A DNA stretch of 64,000 bases, taken from assembly GCA_001724265.1 (NCBI GenBank), contig MEDY01000084.1, positions 1-64,000 of the forward strand. Reading direction: 5' to 3'. The position numbers were made by a program, and so were the translations under genes. Position 1 is the stretch's first letter. Each line of letters begins with the position of its first letter. The notes below the pieces were generated by a model. It worked only from the letters and a program-made list of their open reading frames with translations. It did no database searches and was not told the origin of the DNA. This DNA is from Rhizaria sp. SCN 62-66 (taxonomy: Eukaryota). This document shows positions 58,201-64,000 of the stretch, in pieces.

Positions 58201-61200
58201 GATACGCTGAGCGAGGACATGGAAGTCGTGCTGTACGATGCGCTTGATTTCATCGAGCACCACCGCGCAGTTGCAAACTACACCGCGACGGCGCAGAATC
58301 AGCAGCAGAAGCAGGGAAGCAAGGCTGGTGACTGTGGCAGCACGAGCTCTTCTTGCTCCACCACGCTCTCACATTTGCAGTCGCAATCTCATCTGCGTGA
58401 GCCTGAGCCCGTGGAGAGCGTCATCGTGCACTGCCAGCAGGGCGTTTCCCGCTCTGCCGCGCTGTCTATCGCATATCTCTCGCTCTATCTCGGCACCAAC
58501 GTGACCACTACGACCGCGTTGGTGCGGCAGCGCCGTGGTATCGCGCGGCCTAACTTTGGCTTCTTCCATCAGCTCGCGTCATGGGAGCGCCTCGCGAACT
58601 CGTACCCCCGCATCACTGCTCTCAGGCACCGCCCCCACAGGGACAAGAACAACAGCAGTGGCAAGGACTCTGAGATCGAGTCCAAGTCTGGCAGCAAGTC
58701 AACGTCGCAACAGCAGTCGATCGTCGTCGCCGGCCGCTGTGCGGAGAGCGCAGGCATGGCGGTCACCGCCTCTCCCGAGGCCGCTGCCGCCGCCGTCGCA
58801 CTCTGGCCCACGTACTACCTCGCCAATAACAACAACGACAACAGCTCTAACACGAAGGATAACTCGATCAGTTGTGATAACTCGGCTTCTTCTCTTGTCG
58901 ATCTCGGCAATCGCGTTACCCTGCGGCCCCCGCGCGCTGCTCCGGTCTCCGCCGCGGGCGGCTCCCCTGCCCGCGCGCCCCCGCACCCTTCTGCGCTCTC
59001 GCTGTACCGAGTCGGCCCGCAGTCGGCGCGCGATCCCGCCCGGCTCGGCCCCAAGTGGGTCGACGCGCGCTCGCTGCTCACCCGCCTCCGCTCCAGCGCC
59101 AACGCCAGCGCCAGCGCTGGTGCGAACGCGAGCGCCGGTCTACACAACAAGAAGAAGAAGAGCTTCGGCGGTCAGAGCGGGAGTGAGACCGAGGTGGTGA
59201 CGGTGAGCACAGCGCTGCTTGACCCCCGGTTTGTCTACGTCGCCTCTGTCCCTCTCGTCAACCCCGACGACAACAACAACAACGCTACCGCATCTAACGC
59301 GAATTCCAGTCGCAATTCTGAGCTGAACAGCGACTCGCTGCTGCCGGCGCCGCTGTCGACCGTAGTGATCCTGGTCGGCGCGCGCGTGCCTGCGCCGCTG
59401 CTAGTCCCCGCGCTCTGCGTCGCTGCAGCGCACGCGGCTCGTCTGGCCCACTTCGAGCGCGCCGACCCCGCCCGCATTGCGCTGCTGCCGCTGCCCGACG
59501 CCGACGCGCTGGTGGCGAGTGACGCGGCGGCGCTGACCGCAGCCGCTGCGAGTCAGGCTGCCGCGGGCCCGCTCGCCACAGCCGCTGCAGTACGCGTGTG
59601 GACTGAGCTTCTCGCGCCTTCGCGCTCCGCTGCCAACGACTCCAACTCCAGCGCAAACGCAGACTCAAACGCAGTTGGAGACGGCAGTTCCTCTGCGCCT
59701 GTTGCGAGTGTCTCAAGCCCCGCATCGCCGGTGCCCGGGGACGCCGCAGCAGCGGAGGAAGCGGCCGCGCTCGCCCTGGGCGTCGCCGCCGCGCGCGCGG
59801 GCCGCGCTGTGGTGTGGGCCGGTCACACGCAGAGCCTGCTGAGCGACGAACTCGCAACGGCTCTCAACGCCGTGAGCGCCGTCGCGGTCTCCGCGGCCGC
59901 CATAGTCGCAATCGCGCGGCCCCCCACCGTCTGCGGCAAGACCGCGATGCAGACCAAGGCCGAGGTCGAGGCCGCCGCGGCCGAGGCGGAGGCCGAGGCG
60001 CGGTCGCACTGGCCCGCGCTGCTCGACGACACCGCGCATGGCACCGGGCACGACGCTGCGGCCGCGCAGCGCACTGCTCTGTGGGCGGCCCCGCAGCCCC
60101 AGTCGGTCGGCGCGCTCTTCACGCGGCTGTGCGCGCTCCCGCTCGCGCCGCTTGTCCCCGCCGCGCCCGCCGCGGCGCCCGCCGCGAAACAGCTCTCGGA
60201 CGCCGCGACCACGACGACGGCCACGGCCCCGTCCGCGGCTGTCGCTGTGCACGTCATCGCGCTGCTGCGCGCGCGGTTGTGCTCGCCGTCGACGCTCGCG
60301 CTGCTCGGCCGGCAGCGCACGGCCGCGCGCCGCACCGCCGCCGCAATCCCGCTCATCCTCGCCGCCACCGCCGCCGCCGCCGCCGCCACTGCCGCGGCGG
60401 CCGCTGCGACTGTGAATGCGGATGCGAGTGGTGGGGCGACGATGAGTGATTCCGCGGTCGCCATCCCCGCCCGGCGCGTGGCCGCGGCGGTGAACGCGGT
60501 CGGCGCGCTACGGCTGGCGGCCACGCTTGCCTCGCCGTCGGTCCAGCTCCCGCGCCCGCTCTTTGCCAGCGCCCTCAGCACTCCTTCGGTCACGGCACCC
60601 GCGGTCACGAATACCTCGAGTACCGCCGGTGCACTGGTGGACCTGCTGCATGTGGACGCAGAGCCCCCGCTGCCACAGTACCTGCAGGCTCTGGCCAGCG
60701 CGTCTTTGGTGACGGACGGGGACGCCACCGCCCGCGCCGCCGCCACGGCCGCTGAAGCGCACGCCGCCGCGGTCGCCGCAGCCACCAACTCAGAGACGAC
60801 GATTGAGACTCAGAATGAGATCACGGCTCAGGTGGAGACGACCACGACTGATTTTACTGAAACCACGACTCGGAAACGCACGATGGGCGGCTCTGGCATC
60901 GTCTACAATCCCAAGTCTGCTGCGAACGGGGGGCGCGATCTGTCCGTGAGCGGTTTGGCATCCGCGAAGCACGCCGCTGAGGCCGAACTCGCGTGCTCCT
61001 ACGAGCCCACAACGGCGCGCGGTCCCTCTTCCTCGTCCCGCACCAACAGCTCTGTTGCGACACCGAAATCCGCACACGGTCCCACCTCCGCCTCTGCTTC
61101 CGCCTCGACGTCCGCCTCTGCTTCAGCCTCAGCGTCGAAGGCAGCGACAGTGTCTGCGGCGGCGTCCGCGGCCGCGTCGGTGGGCTTCGGCACCCTCTCG

Positions 61201-61974
61201 ACCTCGAGCGGGGTCTACGAAGAGCCCATCATGCACCGCCCCCGCAGCACCAACGCCGCCGAACCCGACGATTACGGCGAAACGACCACGGTCAACTGCG
61301 CCGACCTGCCGGCGGTGTCGTTCTTCGTCGCGCCCGACTACAGCGCGCGCGTGTCGCATTTTGACGCCGATGACCTCGAGTCAGACCGCTGCCTCGTCGC
61401 CTGCCGTTACGCCGACCCTTACGGCGCGCTGCCCGCCGACATCGACGATAAAGCCGGTGCGCGCACGCGGGCCGCCCGCGCCGCTGCGCGCGCCGCCGCG
61501 GCGTCACCCGCCGGGAGGGCTCTAGAGCGCGTGCACGTATGGGTCGGCGGCGCGCTGGTGCGGCTTGTTGCGCGCTCGCAGCGGGCCGAGAGGGCCGAAA
61601 ACGAGGAAGACGCGCACGCTGACTGTGACGACGACGAGGACGACGATGATGACAATGATGAGGTCGTGTCGGAGCGGCTGCGGCCTGTGTGGCGGCACCT
61701 GTGCACGGAGACGCTGCGCGAGTTCGCCCTCGCGACCTGGGGGAACCACACTGGTACACCCACGGGTTCCACCGCCGCGAGTTCCGCCCAGGTGACTGTG
61801 GACATCGAGCCGACTGTGCACACTGAGCACGGCGACGAGGGCGCTCTGCTCACGGTCACCATCCCGGCATCCTCCCATCACAGCGATAACGCGGCGACGG
61901 TCAAGGTTGATGTGTCGTTCGAGGCGCCCGGGGAGGAGCGCGACGAGTTCTGGGAGTGCTTCACCGAGGAGTAA
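54579..61974 (+). CDS. Giant dual-specificity phosphatase, plant MKP1-like with gelsolin-like C-terminal segments; probable exons 54579-54580 and 54732-61974
   Basis: FLLLSG..AVLNCA, YLPLHLADTLSED, DALDFIE, active site VIVHCQQGVSRSA (~58429), RRGIARPNFGFFHQL. MKP1-like LYRVGPQSARDP..GPK and LDPR; gelsolin-like FDADDLES, VHVWVG, PGEERDEFW. Confidence 0.85.
55165..55209 (+). repeat. (AGC)15 trinucleotide run encoding poly-Ser
   Basis: Perfect AGC run within the phosphatase ORF. Confidence 0.85.
56794..56877 (+). repeat. 18-nt tandem repeat encoding (ETTTQD/N)x4-5
   Basis: GAGACCACGACCCAGGAC / GAGACGACGACGCAAAAC / GAGACAACGACTCAGGAT / GAAACGACGACACAAGAT. Confidence 0.85.
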
Positions 61975-62712
61975 ACCAAACGCAAGAGCGGGACCGCATC
62001 GGTCAACTCACAAAAAAAACTACGTGTGCGTTTACGTCACAATATCTCTCTCTGCTGCGATAAATTCGCATCCTCTTCTTGTTTGCTTCTGCTTTCGATC
62101 ACAAAAGCTTTGTTCCCTCTGCACCGACGACTTTGTTTTCTCCCCGTCGGTTGTTTTGTTTCATTGTTAGCTGCTCACTGTGACTGTGTGTTGTTTTCTG
62201 CCTTTTGTCGATTCACTGCTTGCTATTTGTCGCTTCTTTGTTGTTTGTTTAGATCAGAGCTGTCTTTTGTGTTCACATCATCTCGACGCGAGACAAGATC
62301 AAGTTTTATTAAAATGTCATGATCAGTTTTCTTAGTTTGGAATTGCTTTTATCAATACTAATACCAAATATTTTTTTGTGAAAAAAATGCTCTGTTGACC
62401 GTAAAATCTCATAACCAATCGGTGTATATCTACGACTCTTCAAATCATTTTGATGATTCCTTCTCTGTCACTTGTTGACGCTTGCATCTGTCCCCCTGAC
62501 CTGGTTCCTCGCTGGCAACTGTTTTAATGTTTGTTTCACTAAATATCAATCAGCTTGTTCGACGATTCGCTTGTTTGCCTTGCTGTCCACTTGACACACG
62601 CTCTTGCTTGCCTGTTTTGGCGGCGGCCTGTGTGAAGCCCAGCATCGCTTCACAAAACTTCAGACATCTTGATAGGTAAACAGTGTAACACCCTTACGTT
62701 TATCTTCAACTA

Positions 62713-62735
62713 TCTCTCTCTCTCTCTCTCTCTCT
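62713..62735. repeat. (TC)n microsatellite
   Basis: Perfect TC run in intergenic DNA. Confidence 0.85.
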
Positions 62736-63567
62736 TTTCCCCTCTCGGGTGATGTATATTATTTTGTCTATTCTATTGTCTATTGTTCCTGTTACTGATG
62801 CCATTAGCCTTGTTTGTGTAAAAGAGGAAGTGTCGCGACGCTTCGTATCGTAAGAGAGTCAGATATTTTAAGCATAACGCAACCATATACGTCCGTACTT
62901 AGTGCTGATGCATTGCTAGAATAATAATAATACATGAATATGATTCAAAGTCTTGCCTAACAAAACACCGGTACGTACGTACACAACACCAGGCATGTTA
63001 CTCGCTCGCATGTTACCTTAGTTACTCGATCTTGCTCCTGATCTACCCCCTGTCAGCCGTTATGTTTCTTGTAGTAATCGTATCTCCTGATATTCCTTTT
63101 GATGCTAGAAATATACAGTTTACACATCATCTATTGTGTTGCTTTGATTGTTTGATTGTAAAACCCCGAAAGGCTGCAAATATTCTTGATACCGCAGTGT
63201 ATAGCTCGCTAAATCGGTTCTCAGCAGGAAAAGGCAGCTAAGAAGTCGCAATAACGAAGCCAGCGGATAAACCACGTACGAGCTCACAGTCGCTGCCCCC
63301 CTCTAAACGATGCCTCGTGATCACTCACGAGCGGAGATCGATCACCATCCATATGATGTCTACATTGATGTTAAATTCAACATCAAACTATCAACGCATG
63401 TAATAAACAACGTTAATTAAAAATAACGTATTAATATTTCCTTACCTTTGAAGATAACGATGTAAAGATCGATAATATAGTTTTTGGCTTGTTGACTGGG
63501 GAAGTTAAGCCGGCAGATTGCGGACGGCGCGAAGGGTCGCGAGTCGAGAATGTTCGGGAAAGTGGTT

Positions 63568-63938
63568 ATACTGCCGCTACCACGCACTGAATCTGTATCT
63601 GGCCAACAACTTCGATTAGAGCGCTGCATGCTGGGAATTCATTCATTTGGACACCGGTCTCTGTGCGTTTCTGTTTCACCAATGGCTGGGGGAAAGTCTC
63701 TGTGAACCCGAGAGCGAAAGGCTCACCTTTCATTAGGTTCCCTCGCGTGCGCTAACCGCTATTCGCCAAGACGTTGATTCCGCCCGCAATGGTGGGGTTT
63801 CCCGAGCGAGGTGATGCGTCGTGAGTGGTTTTTCGCAGCAAAGTTATACAGGTGCCTGCGTCTTTCGCGCCTCTCCTTGCGGGAGCCGCGTTGCGCAAAC
63901 ACACGATAGAGCTTACTCGTGCGGTGGTTTGGCAGTAT
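63568..63938 (+). ncRNA. RMRP: RNase MRP RNA (~371 nt)
   Basis: P1: ATACTGCC (63568) pairs perfectly with GGCAGTAT (63931-63938), extended by ACCAC-GCAC/GTGC-GTGGT. P2: TCTGTAT with ATACAGG. P3: CTGGCCA with TGGCTGG. CR-I GGAAAGTCTCTG at 63691 forms the bulged-U P4 with CR-V ACACGATAGAGCTTACTC at 63901. P8 GAGC-GAAAG-GCTC (63712-63724) has the MRP-specific GARAR loop. CGCCAAGA (63764) and AAGTTA (63841) match recalled MRP motifs. T-rich end follows. Confidence 0.88.
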
Positions 63939-64000
63939 TTCTTTCTAATCAAACAATCAAAGCCCATTCCCAACCTCGCCAATAGCCTCGCGTCTTCTGG

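Noticed and set aside
63568-63938. Nuclear RNase P RNA as the identity of the ncRNA
   Set aside because: The GAAAG pentaloop in P8 and the CR-I form GGAAAGUC fit MRP better, and I did not see clear RNase P CR-II/CR-III motifs.

Overview
Gene-dense nuclear DNA from a flagellated eukaryote (protist, lineage not determinable here). Exons are very GC-rich; introns and intergenic spacers are AT-richer. I can support 14 protein-coding genes: TTLL9-like tubulin glutamylase, DNA polymerase kappa, a small ankyrin-repeat protein, a NEK1-like kinase, an LRRC43-like LRR protein, a giant kinesin, a lone PH-domain protein, a DM10-like domain protein, a prokaryote-type CDP-alcohol phosphatidyltransferase, ELP2, a Mn-type CDF transporter, IFT140, mitochondrial ACP, and an MKP1-like dual-specificity phosphatase. 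There is also one RNase MRP RNA gene at 63568-63938 that the ORF track cannot show. Highlights: (1) an in-frame TAG at a conserved Glu position of TTLL9, with conserved motifs continuing about 550 nt past it, while none of the other 13 genes ends in TAG; (2) the MRP RNA; (3) a likely horizontally acquired PIP-synthase-type gene; (4) a very tight GTAYGY...CAG intron grammar, including an intron that appears to split a start codon; (5) large Ala/Ser/Gly-rich insertions inside conserved domains. Family assignments come from recalled motifs, not database searches.
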